64,000 bases of DNA from Octopus sinensis (lineage: Eukaryota): the NCBI RefSeq assembly GCF_006345805.1, contig NC_043012.1, positions 3,844,001-3,908,000 on the forward strand, given 5' to 3'. The notes beneath the pieces are model-generated. The model worked only from the letters and a program-made list of their open reading frames with translations. It was not told the origin of the DNA and did not search any database. Positions 39,270 to 52,386 of this stretch are shown in pieces. The translations under genes and the position numbers were made by a program. Every line of letters starts with the position of its first letter. The first letter of the stretch is position 1.

Positions 39270-40603
39270 CATTAGACAATGTAGTGCCTGAAATAAAACG
39301 AAGACTGAATGATCCCAGCTGGAATACCTTTAATCACAGGTCTGCTTGATCAGAGTTAAGTTGGGACTAAATAATAACAACAACTGAGCCTCACTCAACA
39401 AAGTCTACACTGAGCTTTCTCTCCAATCCTTCTACACTATAACTGCATCCTTCTGGAATAGTCTCCCCAGATTAATTCACATTTTCCTGACATCATCTTG
39501 CAGCAGTTCATATTGAACACTAACCAGTATAAGTCTCCCACTAACAAGGAAAAGTAGATAAACCAGACCCTAAGCAGGACAGTTAATAATTCATCGTACT
39601 TTGTTCACGTCACAATATCTCAAAAGTTCAATTGTCAACTCACTGCCAAAAAAAAGTCACTGCCAGCTGCTGCTATCAATGACTGGGTCGATACATTTAT
39701 GAAAATACAATTGAAGTTGCTGATTGCGATCACCTTGGGATGAAGTCTTTTCCAATATCAATAACCAGCTGATAAAATTATCTTTTCTCTACTTAATTAA
39801 ACAATCTACGAGAACACCTGAGAATAAAGAGTTTGGAACCCACTCACCAATTTAATAACAATAACTAGCTGATAACATCATCTGTAATTATAACAAATAG
39901 CTTCCGTTGTATATAGGAGAGTAAGGGAGAGAGAGAGAGAGAGAAAAAGTATTATGAAAGAGAGAGAGAGAGAGTTTCAAAAACGTAAGTGAAAGGAAAA
40001 GAGAAAGCAAGAAAGAGGGAATGTGAAGTAATGTTTCAAACACTTGGAAAGAAATTTATTAACCAAAATAAAACCAGTCCAAAATTTCTCAAACACTTTC
40101 TACTAAAATTATATCTCAACAGAGGAATTATTTATTTATCATTTTTAAACAGAATTATCACAGGATTATTTCAGCTTGAGCGAGTTTATTCAAATGACAA
40201 TGATCATCTAAGCATTGCTAATTCAATATAGATATATATTTGCTTTTGTCCACTGTCTGCTTCCTGTTAGCATAATTCCAATTGTTTAGTAACATTTTGG
40301 ATCTGGATGTATTTTATAAATTCTGAATTCTTATACATTTTGTTCTTTAAAATGAAACAACAACACCAATGATAATATCATTTTTCTTTGTACTTTGCTA
40401 TAAGGCTTGAAGTTTTGGGGAGATGTGGACAATCAATTACATTGGTTCCAGTGTTCATGTGGAACTTATTTTATCAACCCCAAAAGGATGGAAATCATAA
40501 TTGACCTCAGCAGAATTTGAACTCCAAACATAATAACAAATGAAATGCTGCAAAGTATTTTGTCTGGCGCACTAATAATTCTACCAGCTCACCTTGTTGT
40601 TGT

Positions 40604-40664
<61 letters not shown>

Positions 40665-40999
40665 CTTTTCTACTATAAGCACAAGGCCTGAAACTTTAGG
40701 GAAAGGGGCCAGTCAATGACATTGATCCCTGTTCTCAAGTGGTACTTATTTTGGCACAAGGCTAGCAATTTTGGGGGACTGGATAACTCATTTACATTCA
40801 CCCCAGTACTTGATTGGTACTTTTTTCATCACCCCCAAAAGAATGAAAAGCAAAGTTGGCCTCGGCAGAATTTGAACCCCAAATGTAACTACGGATGAAA
40901 TGCTGCTAAGCATTTTGTCTGCAGTGCTAATAATTCTGTCAGTTCATTACCTTGATGATAATAATAATAATGCGCTGATATGGTGTATACTTTCAGAAT

Positions 41000-41880
41000 G
41001 AACTGGAAAAGTGTGGTGTGTTAGTCTTGTAGATAGGCAAAATTAAATGTATGGACGGGCTAGCAATACCATTGGGGGAGGTTATGAAGGAGATAGAAGA
41101 GATGGGCTATAAGTACTTGGGATAATGGAAATGGATAAATTGATGGAGAAAGAAATGACGAAAAATTTAAGGTGGAGTACTTGCACAGACTGAGACTGAT
41201 CCTTAAGTCGAAATTAAACGGACGGAATAAGATTGAATAGAGAATAGGAAACTAGACTTAGTGTTAATTAAGAAAGAAAGCAAACAATGCTGGATCATGC
41301 TCAGCTGACAACAAGGTAAGTGATAAAGAAGAAAGAAAAGTCAATAGATATGACAGGTTAGTTTGGGAGGTTAAGCAGTTGTGGTTGCTGAAAAAGGTGG
41401 TAGTAATACCAATAATGTTGGCGCCCTGGGAACAGTAAGTAAAAATCTTGAGAAGTACATGGAACATATAGGCGCAGGAGTGGCTGTGTGGTAAGTAGCT
41501 TGCTTACCAACTACATGGTTCTGTGTTCAGTCCTACTGCGTAGCACCTTGGGCGAGTGTCTTCTACTATAGCCTTGGGCCAACCAAAGCCTTGTGAGTGG
41601 ATTTGGTAGATGGAAACTGAAAGAAGCCTGTTGTATATATATATATATATGCTCCAGCATGGCTACAATCAAATGACTAAAACAAGTAAAAGAATAAAAG
41701 AGAACAAATAGGGACTGCAATAAGGGAGGAGCACTTGCAGAAAACAGCACTGCTTGGAACTACTGGAATACTCCAGATGGTGCTTGAAAAGTGAGTAGTG
41801 AACAGCTGGCACTGTAGTACATATCTAGTGTTAGAAGCTGTACAAAGACAATAAAATAACATAATAATAATAATAGATTC
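41000..41880 (+). mobile_element. Internally deleted R4/Dong-like (restriction-like endonuclease) LINE, split by a family A SINE (41470-41702)
   Basis: ELEKCGVL...GYKYLGI...EYLHRLRLILKSKLNGRNKI; VVVIPI.VGALGTVSKNLEKY; LQKTALLGTTGILQMVL*; (AAT)n tail; SINE TSD gaacatatagg/gaacaaatagg. Confidence 0.8.
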
Positions 41881-43264
41881 TGATTTAGGCACAAGACCAG
41901 CAGTTTTGAGGGAAGGTCATTTGATAATGTTGATCCCATTTCTTGATTGTTACAATACTTTATCAAAACCAAAAGAATAAGAAGCAAAGTCGACCTTCAT
42001 GGGATTTGAACTCAGAATGTAAAAAGCTGGAACAAATACTGTGAAGCATTTTTTCTGATGCTCTAATGATTCAGCCATGTCTTTGAGGCCAGCAATTTTG
42101 AGGGAAAAGGGTTAATCAATATCACTGACCCCCAGTACTTTGTGTTATTATCCCTGGAAGGGTGAGAAAAAAAGCTGGCCTCAGTGAGATTTGAATTCAG
42201 ATCCTCATGAACTGCAACTAAATACTGCAAGGCATTTCGTCTGATGCTTCAATGGTTTTGCCAATGCACTAGTTATAATTATTATTCTTCTTATTATTAT
42301 TTCTATTATAGGCAGAAAGCCAGAAAATTTTTAAGGTTTCAGCGTTTGATAAATACTTTATTTACTTAACCCTTGGAAGAATGAATGGAAAAGTTGACTT
42401 TGGCAGGAAAAGTATTCAGACTGTAAAAACTTGGAAGAAATGCCACAAAGCATTTCGTCTGACATTCCTGTGATTCTATTATTTCTGACAATGTCACAAT
42501 CAACAGATTGAGATGGCCAGGAGAATCAGTTAAATCAACTGAAAACTGAAAAGCTAAAGTTGACTCTAGTGGGAGTTAGGAACTAAACTCATTATAAAGA
42601 GATGTAACTAATTTCTAAAAAGGCCAGTATCAGGTGATCTCCAGACTTTTAAACGAGAGAAGACAGTTTGCTTCTTCTTCTTTTTTTTTTTTTATTACAT
42701 CACACATTTTCCAAACAAAAATGCTATTTGAAAAGCTCCTTAAAAGTTTTATTGCTTTTTCTCTAAACCAATAAAAATAATAAACTAAATAATTTTGTTA
42801 GACATTTTATTGGTATGTGAGCAATCTTTAAGTACAAAGACTGGTGATTCAACACAGTGTGATATTTTTAGAAAACAAAAAGTTCTCATTTATTAAATAA
42901 ATATAGGCAAATAAAACAGAAACTATAGATTCATTGAAATTTAAGCTGAGAACTCTTTCACCTGTTAGTTTATTATCAAACTATTGTAGTGCCTTTATTA
43001 ATCATATTAACTCACAACCCATCCCTTGCTAGGACACACAACTTGTAATACATAATCCTCAACTCATATATCCTCTCATACACAAATCCAAGACAAAAAA
43101 TCTGTTTACTACTTTACTTAGGGTTAAATTGAGGCTAACATCATCATGGTCACTTAGCATGTTTTCCATGCTGGCATGGATTAACGTAAATCTCACAACT
43201 AACAATATACCTAAACTAGCTTCACAAACCCAAAAGACAACCTAAGAAAAATATATATAAGCAT

Positions 43265-43436
43265 AGGCGCAGGAGTGGCTGTGTGGTAAGTAGGTTGCTA
43301 ACCAACCACATGGTTCTGGGTTCATTCCCACTGCGTGGTATCTTGGGCAAGTGTCTTCTGCTATAGCCTCGGGCCGACCAATGCCTTGTGAGTGGATTTG
43401 GTAGACGGAAACTGAAGGAAGCCTGTTGTATATATG

Positions 43437-43469
<33 letters not shown>

Positions 43470-43657
43470 GTGTGTGTGTGTTTGTCTCCCTAGCATTGCT
43501 TGACAACCGATGCTGGTGTGTTTATGTCCCCGTCACTTAGCGGTTCGGCAAAAAGAGACCGATTGGGCTTATAAGAATAAGTCCTTGGTTCGATTTGCTC
43601 GACTAAAGGCGGTGCTCCAGCATGGCCGCAGTCAAATGACTGAAACAAGTAAAAGAG
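43265..43657 (+). mobile_element. Full-length young SINE family A
   Basis: Near-identical to 21803-22201. Confidence 0.92.
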
Positions 43658-43737
43658 TAAGCTCTTTACATTAATACTTCAAAACAATAAAATATTCAAA
43701 ATATGTTTCCACAGAAACAATAAAGCAAACAAGTTTT

Positions 43738-43815
<78 letters not shown>

Positions 43816-43822
43816 TAATTAT

Positions 43823-44037
43823 ACTTGTTTCAGTCATTAGACTGTGGCCATGTTGGGGCACCGCCTTCAAGAACTTTTTTTAGTCAAATGAATTGACCCC
43901 AGTACCTATTTTTATTTTTTAAGCCTGGTAATTATTCCATTGGTCACTTTTGCCAAACAGTTGAGTTACATGGATGTAAATACACCCACACCGGTTGTCA
44001 AGTGGTGGTAAGGGACAAAGACACACACACACACACA
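43823..44037 (-). mobile_element. 3' half of a family A SINE, inverted relative to 43265-43657
   Basis: tacttgtttcagtcattagactgtggccatg complements the tail of the neighbouring copy. Confidence 0.8.
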
Positions 44038-44363
44038 ATGTGCCAACTAATAACAATTATTTATAGTCATAAATGTTATAATAGCTTAAATGAGTCATTG
44101 AACTTGTAAACCAAAATTAATTATTACATTTATATAACTAACCAATTACAAGTGAATCAAACACTTACGATGGGCTTTCGAAATCCTTTTTCACTCAATA
44201 TGATGAATGTGATTTTCTCTCAATTAATTAGAATTATACTTTGAATGATTATGGCCAAGAAAATCAAGGAAACCAATTCTGAATTTTAAATTATTTAAAA
44301 CACCAAATAGGATCATACAGTGGTAAGTGAATCTCATTGTTGGTAAGTACAGTGACAATTGTG

Positions 44364-44397
44364 GGCATGTTTCAGTTTAATTAGACCTCCTCAGTGA
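44364..44397 (-). ncRNA. Degenerate hammerhead core, first of a tandem pair
   Basis: CTGAGGA GGTC TAATTA AACT GAA ACATG CC; flanks homologous to the copy 354 nt away. Confidence 0.45.
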
Positions 44398-44712
44398 AGT
44401 ATAGTTTATGTAGTACTAACCAAGTCATAAAATAACAGAGAGAATAAAAAATTTCAGTTCAAAATATTCCCTAATTAAGCAGCTTAAAGAAGAAAAGGGG
44501 ATTCTAAGTATGAAGAATACATAGTTAAGTGGAGGTTAACACAATGTGGTAGGAAAAAAAGCTAATCAATTAAAAAAGATTAGACCCATAATAAAAAGGA
44601 AAATCATTACTAATGAGAAAGACAAGGGAGATAACTTTGAGATATGAAGTGATTAAAAATTAAATGGGGGCATCATTGGGAAGTAACTGATCTTTGATGT
44701 GGTAGGTGACAG

Positions 44713-44753
44713 CTTTGGACATGTTTCAGTCTTATTAGACCTCATCAGAAAAA
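44713..44753 (-). ncRNA. Minimal hammerhead core, second of the tandem pair
   Basis: CTGATGA(44748-42) GGTC TAATAA GACT GAA ACATGT C(44718): palindromic stem III and GUC triplet; stem I has a proximal mismatch. Confidence 0.6.
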
Positions 44754-45603
44754 TATAGCCTTACTTATGCTAACCAGACCTCATGGAATGCCTGAGAAAA
44801 AATAGCTTATGTTTTCTTTTTGAGTGACAGTTTATTCAGTGAATAGACATTCACTTCATTAAGTCATGCTACCCTTATTACTGGGTACTAGAATAACCTC
44901 TATATATTTTCATCAGCTAATTTTTTTAAACATCCCCAGCTAAGCCCACTCTGTGCACTCATCTTTTCTCTAGTGTATCTCTTCTCATATAACACACAAT
45001 AGACTATACAAAATAACTCTTTATAAGAAATTATTTTTAGCTTTGCTCTAAAATAATTTTGCGGTAAAACATAATGTATTACATATAATTAATTCATATT
45101 GCTGCTCTATTGTGTGCTGTATAATTTTCCTCACACAACAATTGTCAAATCTAAACCACCAAATAATTTATTCTGGATATTTTACTGATATAAATAGTGT
45201 GACAGTGAGACAACATGTAATCAAATTGAATAAGAAAGCATTGTGTGGCTACACCTGAAAAGAAGTTGAATGAGAGTTAACTAATCCTTCAGTTGCTAGA
45301 GTTACACGTTCTCTCTCGGAACAAGAATATTAAAATTAATTCAGAGCAAGCCTTGGATAATTTTCTTATGCAATAATTTAAATGAACTTTTAAAATGGCC
45401 ATAGACATTTAAACAAAACAAATATAAAAAATAAATAAATAAATAAATAAAAACCCTGCATATTAATACTAGTCAGCTAATTTCCCACCCTTACAATGGT
45501 TTTTTCCTGAAGCTAGTATATTTGGAATTTACATATGAAATATTGAAGGAACTGATTTTACAGAAGCATTCCTTCATTGAAGCTAACTCTTCATAAGGCA
45601 ATA

Positions 45604-45990
45604 GTGGAGGCGCAATGGCCCAGTGGTTAGGGCAGCAGACTCGCGGTCGTAGGATCGCGGTTTCGATTCCCAGACCGGGCATTGTGAGTGTTTATTGAGC
45701 AAAAACACCTAAAGCTCCACGAGGCTCCTGCAGGGGGGGGGTGAACCCTGCTGTACTCTTTTCACCACAACTTTCTCTCACTCTTTCTTCTGTTTTCTGT
45801 TGTACTTGTATTTCAAAGGGCCAGCCTTGTCACACTCTGTGTCACGCTGAATCTCCCGAGAACTACGTTAAGGGTACACGTGTCTGTGGAGTGCTCAGCC
45901 ACTTGCACGTTAATTCCACGAGCAAGTTGTTCCGTTGATCGTATCAGCTGGGGCCCTCATCGTCGTAACCGACGGAGTGCTCCTTTCCTT
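45604..45990 (+). mobile_element. Young tRNA-derived SINE (family C head) with a 14-bp TSD
   Basis: ttcataaggcaata at 45590-45603 and 45991-46004; head tggcccagtggttag...ggtttcgattccc; many CpGs retained. Confidence 0.92.
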
Positions 45991-46829
45991 TTCATAAGGC
46001 AATAACACCAACGTCCAAGAGGAGTAATCCTGCCAAACTGAAGGCTGGTCCTTGGTTTGGAAAGATGTCTTTTTAAGAGTGAACAACATTTAAAACCTAC
46101 CTCAACCTCAAATGTCACCTGGTAAAAAAATGTCCAACTAGATTCTGGGGTACAGTTAAACATCACTACAAACACTCAGATTAAAAATTATGTTAGAAGC
46201 CTAACATTTCGTGCAGAGCCTTTCATTCTCTTCTTCATGACAAAATGATTTCTTCTAGTTTTATTCCACTTTTTCAACTCCTGGTACTTACCATTTGCCA
46301 AAGCAAACCACCACGAGTTTCCTCAGATTTTAGTATTTCACTGAAGTGACAATGGGTCACATACATGTGAATAAGTCTTAGAAGAGGCTGTACTCATAAC
46401 CATTTAGAATATTCTTAGAGTAAAGTATTGGAAATAACAGGGGATGGGGAAGGGTAGTTAATGCTGCTGCCTCTTCTTTCTCAGATGAACTACACTTTAA
46501 GTTAAAGCTAGAGTTTACTCCAGTTTCTATGGTGCTTAAGTGAACTTTCAGACTCCCTCTTGAATGGGATGCCAGTGTTGTAAGGTCGACACCTCAAGTC
46601 ACTGGCACTCATTTTTAGCTCATTGGAATGAAGTGCCTTGCTCAAGGATACAATGCACCTCCTGTTCTGAGAATTGAATCCACAACCTAACACATGTGAG
46701 CCTAAACCACATTACATGCTACAGATGCTTTGATAGAGACATACAAATAAACCATTGTAGCTTTCCAGCTTTATGAAAATAAGTTGTAAATATTATTAAA
46801 AGAAAAGCACCAGGAATATGAACGTAAAA

Positions 46830-47513
46830 CAACTTTACATTAAACTGAAGGATTTACCCAATACTTTTTTGATAGAGTTCATATTTATTATTCTTATAAA
46901 AGAATATACATATATATACAACACATAAACACACACACATATTGGGTTGAAGTAAAGGTTTGTACAGATTCTTTTAAGTAAAATTCCAAAAGAATATTTT
47001 AAGGCTTACTTGTAGATAAATGTTTATTCCAATCACGTATGTCCCATTTGTGTCCCAGGCATGACTGATCTTGATTACTGGGACAGCCTTAAAGCCTTGA
47101 AACTCTACTCTCTCCAGTGCATCGCAAGCGGTACATCATTTGTACGATATGGAGAATATACCACCAGCATTGCCCAACTTTACATTAAACTGAAGGATTT
47201 ACCCAAATACTTTTTTGATAGAGTTCATATTTTTATTCTTATAAAGAATATACATATATATCAACAATAAACACAACACACAGATTGGGTTGAAGTAAAG
47301 GTTTGTACAGATTCTTTTAAGTAAAATTCCAAAAGAATATTTAGCTACTTATAGATAATGTTATTCAATCACGTATGTCCCATTTTGTCCCAAGGCATGA
47401 CTGATCTTGATTACTGGGACAGCCTTAAAGCCTTGAAACTCTACTCTCTCCAGTGCCATCGCAAGCGGTACATCATTTGTACGATATGGAGAATATACCA
47501 CCAGCATTGCCCA
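46830..47513 (+). repeat. Tandem duplication with 345-bp period
   Basis: 46830-47174 repeated at 47175-47513; differences are mostly 1-2 bp indels. Confidence 0.9.
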
Positions 47514-47890
47514 AATGACCTGAACATCAGTTTCAAGGTTCATCCAAGGCTGGGACCATGAGCCACATGTCCCCTGCCCAATTCAGGATCACAACATATA
47601 GGTACACTGCAACACAATTTCTTTTCCTCAACAGGCCCTGTACTGTTTAATATTGTCCCAAAACTGATCAAAGAGGAAAAGGATTCCATCACCTTTAAAC
47701 GGAGTTTGGACAGATTTCTTCAAGGAATACCGGACAAGCCACCCATACCTGGATACAACTCACTCAACAAGAACTCACTACTTGAATGGACCATAAACAA
47801 AACTTGACTTTAAAAGGATTTAGGTAATCCTATCAGGTGGTGCTATTAAGTTAGACATGGCCTGGACCAATCTTTGGTCGAAACATATCT
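47377..47890 (+). mobile_element. CR1/L2-group LINE 3' end
   Basis: LDYWDSLKALKLYSLQCHRKRYII...GPVLFNIVPKLI...FKRSLDRFLQGIPDKPPIPGY...NSLLEW*; terminal stem-loop GACCAA-TCT-TTGGTC. Confidence 0.85.
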
Positions 47891-48109
47891 AAGTTTTTAT
47901 GCATATATATATATATGCATGCATGCATATATACACACTATATGGAAAGGTATAGAGCCATTGAAACCAGGCCAAATATCTAATGTACAAATAAAACATG
48001 GTACTCCGAATAAGAACTGACTTGGACTGTGATACATGGAAAGCATACAAAACATGATGATGATGATGATACACACACACAAACACATATGTATGTATGT
48101 ATGTATGTA

Positions 48110-48140
<31 letters not shown>

Positions 48141-48225
48141 ATGCATGTATGTATGTATGTATGTATGTATGTGTGTGTGTGTGTGTGTATGTGTGTATGT
48201 GTGTATGTATGTATGTATGCATGTA
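47890..48225. repeat. (TATG)n/(TG)n compound microsatellite
   Basis: Directly visible. Confidence 0.9.
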
Positions 48226-48407
48226 AAAGGTAGAACAGAGAGCAGTGTGGGAAGACTCCCAAACAGATTAGAAATTAATGCAAGGTGGGAAACGGGTGTA
48301 TGGGTGGCAATATAAAACCTGCTTAGAGAGAAAACTTCAAGTCAGAAGGTAGAAAAATAAAAAATATAAAAATTTCATAAAACCCTTTCAAATAATATAT
48401 ATGTTGT

Positions 48408-48459
<52 letters not shown>

Positions 48460-48834
48460 CAAACCTGTGTAGACAGAAAGACTGACAGGGTGATGGCGGG
48501 GGGGGGTGTGATTAAAATGAAGCTACATAAATATGACATTCCAACAGAAATAATAAAACCAAAAGAATGACACTGAATCATTCCAGTATATTCTTCTTCC
48601 TTAGAAGATAAAAAAGAAAGAAAGATAGACAGAAAGAAAGAAAGAAAGGAAGAAAGAAAGAAAAGAGAAAAAATTACATCAACTCTATGAATAATATCTT
48701 CTGGAATATAATTTATATCTCTGCTAATATTAACAATTCCTATGGCTGGATAAATACTGTACAATATCTATCAATCAACAAATACATGTGTGTTTTTATT
48801 ACCAGATGACAGAGAAAGAAAACAAAGGACAGAG

Positions 48835-48867
<33 letters not shown>

Positions 48868-48950
48868 CAATCATCATCTTGAACATCATCATCATCATCA
48901 GCAGCAGCAGCAGCACCACTACCACCACCAACAACAACATTAACAACACC
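48835..48950. repeat. Compound trinucleotide array (GAT)(CAT)(CAG)(CAC)(CAA)
   Basis: Directly visible. Confidence 0.9.
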
Positions 48951-49339
48951 ATCGTTAAACAACCAGATGGCTCGGGCAGATATGCTAGATTACTCTCAAA
49001 CGATTGCCGCCGGCAACAGCATCATCACCATCGTCACGGGCAAGCAGAGTCCGTCCATGGATGAACTTTGTTACATCTTCATGCTATGCTATCACTTACA
49101 AGACAAGCCTCCGCACACACACACACACACACACACCACACTGATGCCACCGCCGTGGCCATCACCATTCTCTATTGGTGCCATTCTTCTATGGTTGCAG
49201 GAAGACACTATCAATTTAGTGCAGTCATCAGACAGGCACGTGCTCTGTCAGTCAAAGAACCAAGTTCCAAACACCGATCAAGTAGCCAAGCATAAAAAAA
49301 AAAAAAAACCAACTAAAAGACTTCTTTTTTTCTTCTTTT

Positions 49340-49560
49340 ACATGGTTCAGTCACTGGAGTGTGACCATACTGGAGCACTGCCTTGGTGGGTTTTGAGTCG
49401 ATTATAAACTGACCCCAATATTTCTCTTTCTTTCGAATCTGGTACTTAAAAAGCTCCTTTGCTGAACTACTGCTGACGATGTAAACAAACCAACACTGAT
49501 TGCTAAGTGGAGGAGGAGCAGACACAGACAAAGAGACACATATAGATGTGCATACATATA
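49340..49560 (-). mobile_element. 3' half of a family A SINE running into a (TA)/(CA) array
   Basis: ttcagtcactggagtgtgaccatactggagcac...gtaaacaaaccaacac. Confidence 0.7.
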
Positions 49561-49652
49561 TACATACACATACATATGTATATATATAAATATATACACA
49601 CACATATGCATATGTATATATATAAATATATATACATACATACATACATGCA

Positions 49653-49693
<41 letters not shown>

Positions 49694-50309
49694 TATATAT
49701 ATATAACACACACACACATACACATATATACATGTGTATGTGTGTGTGCATGTAAGTGTGTATAGGCTTTGACATAATTCTATATAGTTGCTCAATCTGC
49801 TAGAAATAGCTGCCAAATCTCTCAAATCATACCCACCCATCTAAAGGGAACAATTTATTCTTAGAAATCATAAATATGACCCTAAACTTTTTGATCAAAG
49901 GTCTGTTGGATGGGGGATGGCCAAGAAATGATTTCAAATTTTGGAGCAAGGTCACCCAGATCAGGGAGCAGATAAGTCAATTATATTGACTCTAGTGCCC
50001 AACTAGTACTTATTTTATTGACCCTGGGAAGATGAAAGGTAAAGTCAGCCTTAACAAAATTTGAACTCAGAACGTAAGGATGGGTGAAATATTGCTAAGC
50101 AAGAAATAATAATAAGAAGAATATTACTTCAAGAAATAATAATAATAACAATAAAAATACAAAACTTGGCAAATCAACAAGTAAACCATTCCATGGTTAC
50201 TTAACCTGCTAGAAATTATCACCAAATCTTCCTCAAATCACCAACTAGATATAGCAACTATATCTTTCTTAAATCACAATCTGCTGTCTTAAAATGAGAT
50301 GGATATAGG

Positions 50310-50600
50310 CACAGGAGTGGCATGTGGCTGTGTGGTAAGAAGTTTGCTTCCCAGCCACATGGTTCAGGGTTCAGTCCCACTGTGTAGAACTTTGGGCAAG
50401 TGTCTTCTAGGATAGCCTTGGCTGACCAAAGTCTTTAAGAGGATGTTGGTCTGTTTATATCCCCATGACTTAGCAACATAGCAAAAAAGACTGACTAGAA
50501 TAAGAACCAGGTTTAAAAAATAATTACTGGTGTTGATTTGACTGAACCCTTCAAGGCAGTGCCCCAGCATGGCTGAAGTCCAATGAGTGCAACAAGATAG
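50310..50600 (+). mobile_element. Family A SINE with internal deletion
   Basis: Head and tail motifs present, middle missing. Confidence 0.75.
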
Positions 50601-52386
50601 CAGATAAGGACGTGCAAACAAAAACTGTAAATTGCCTCAGCCGAATTTACTGGAGGGCAAAAGGTAACAACAATCAAAAGGCTTGAAGATTATCTGTGTT
50701 TTATGAAACTAGCAAAATACATGAAACTTAACAAAACAACAGCAACAAAAGCAAAAAAAGAGAAAAAGAAAAAACATTTGCATTCAGTTTCAAAAAGATT
50801 AAAACTAATCTATGTAATAGAGCTACATGTTGTCATGGAGATAAATACCAAACAATCTGCATGTTCCATAATGAAATCCTTTGAAGATTAACAAACACAA
50901 ACAGATATATTTAAATAAAATTAATTAATACTTCCCTCCACACACACACACACACACACATATATTCTTTTATTATGTTTCAACAAATAAGTTTTCATTT
51001 TCCTTTAAATGGAAATGTTTATTTTAACAAAACAAAAAAAAAAAAAGAGAGCCTATGGCAACCACCAGATGAGATGTCATTCGTTTTTGACACTACACAA
51101 CCCCCACACCACCCCACTCCACACACGCTTCTAATTAGGAAGAAGAGAAAAGAGTACTCAATCCATGTAACATATTTTATTCATTTATTTACATCAACAT
51201 ATGAATATGTAAATATACCAAGTTTTATCTGTCATGTGTATGCATACACACACACACACAAATACTCACACACACACAGGCACATGATATTTTACATAAT
51301 TATCTCTGAAATTAAGACCCATAAGAGCCATTTTTGGCAGCTTGACATAAGGATTGAACTGAGAAGTTTTATTGTTATTCAGCAACTCATTAGGAAACAC
51401 ACACACAAACAGGCAAACATATACCATTAAGTTAAACATCTGATACTGTTAACACATTCGCATTCCTAGGGAGGTGTGAAGGAATATATCTTGCAATCAT
51501 CACCTTATAACGAACATATCACAACTGATTCAATTAGCTGTTTAAACAAGATTGTACAATGGGAGTAAATAAATGTACTTCATCTTGTGTGTATGTGTGT
51601 GATTGTATGCATGTGTGTGTAGTAGCAGCAGCAGCATGTATGTATGTATGCGTGCATGAAAGAAAGAAACAAAGCACTTTGGTAACCATAACTATTATCC
51701 AAGAATATGAAAATATTTCGATCTCATGAAATCCCTACACTGGGAGCAAGCAAATGTCACTCTATGGAAGTTTGAATGTAGTTGCTAGACCTGCTAGAAA
51801 TAGCAGCTGAATCTCATTTAAATCATCATGAATGAAGAATAAAGTGTACAATGTTGTTCCTGGCTTACATTACAAAAAGATGGAGTGGGAGAGGGTCCAG
51901 GCTGGAACACCTCTGATCTTAGATCAGCTTAATGAGGGCTGATGTGGAGTAACATACAGAAGATGAGCCAAGGAAAGAGCCTCTATGTGACTTCTTGATC
52001 TGCTAGGATTAGCACCCATAACACCCTCCACATTGGATAATGTAGTCAATGTTACACTATGCCTAATAAAAACAGTGGTCACAGATGGAATGTCTTTAAT
52101 CAACAGATCTGCTTAATCAGAACTGACCTGGGAATAAGCAACAATAACGATGTATAGAAGATACTTCGAGGTTAAACTATTAGCAACAGACATGAAACTA
52201 AAGGAATGGAATGACATCTTTTAAGAAATAAGGTGCATGAGCACACACAAGCACACACATAGACACACACATAGACACACACTGATAATCACATGCCTAC
52301 ATAAGGTTACACACACACACATGCTCACATATAAAGTGATTGTTAAATACTTGCTTCAGGCAATATAAGTGAGCAATAAATGCTGC

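Noticed and set aside
45604-45680. tRNA-like sequences (also 38748-38820, 21803-21875, 52745-52803)
   Set aside because: They have A/B boxes but no complete acceptor stem and continue into SINE bodies; not tRNA genes.
39525-46366. Model joining a 25-codon exon (46366-46292, MYVTHCH...WQM) to the 16-nt microexon (39540-39525) as the USP3 N-terminus
   Set aside because: The 46292 exon ends in phase 0 in its only open frame while the microexon needs phase 1, and the peptide has no USP3 similarity.
47855-47885. GACCAA-TCT-TTGGTC-GAAAC hairpin resembling half a hammerhead
   Set aside because: No upstream CUGANGA; better explained as the 3' stem-loop of the LINE.
48967-49407. 146-aa ATG ORF
   Set aside because: It crosses (CA)n and poly-A tracts and ends in a SINE; no splice context or homology.
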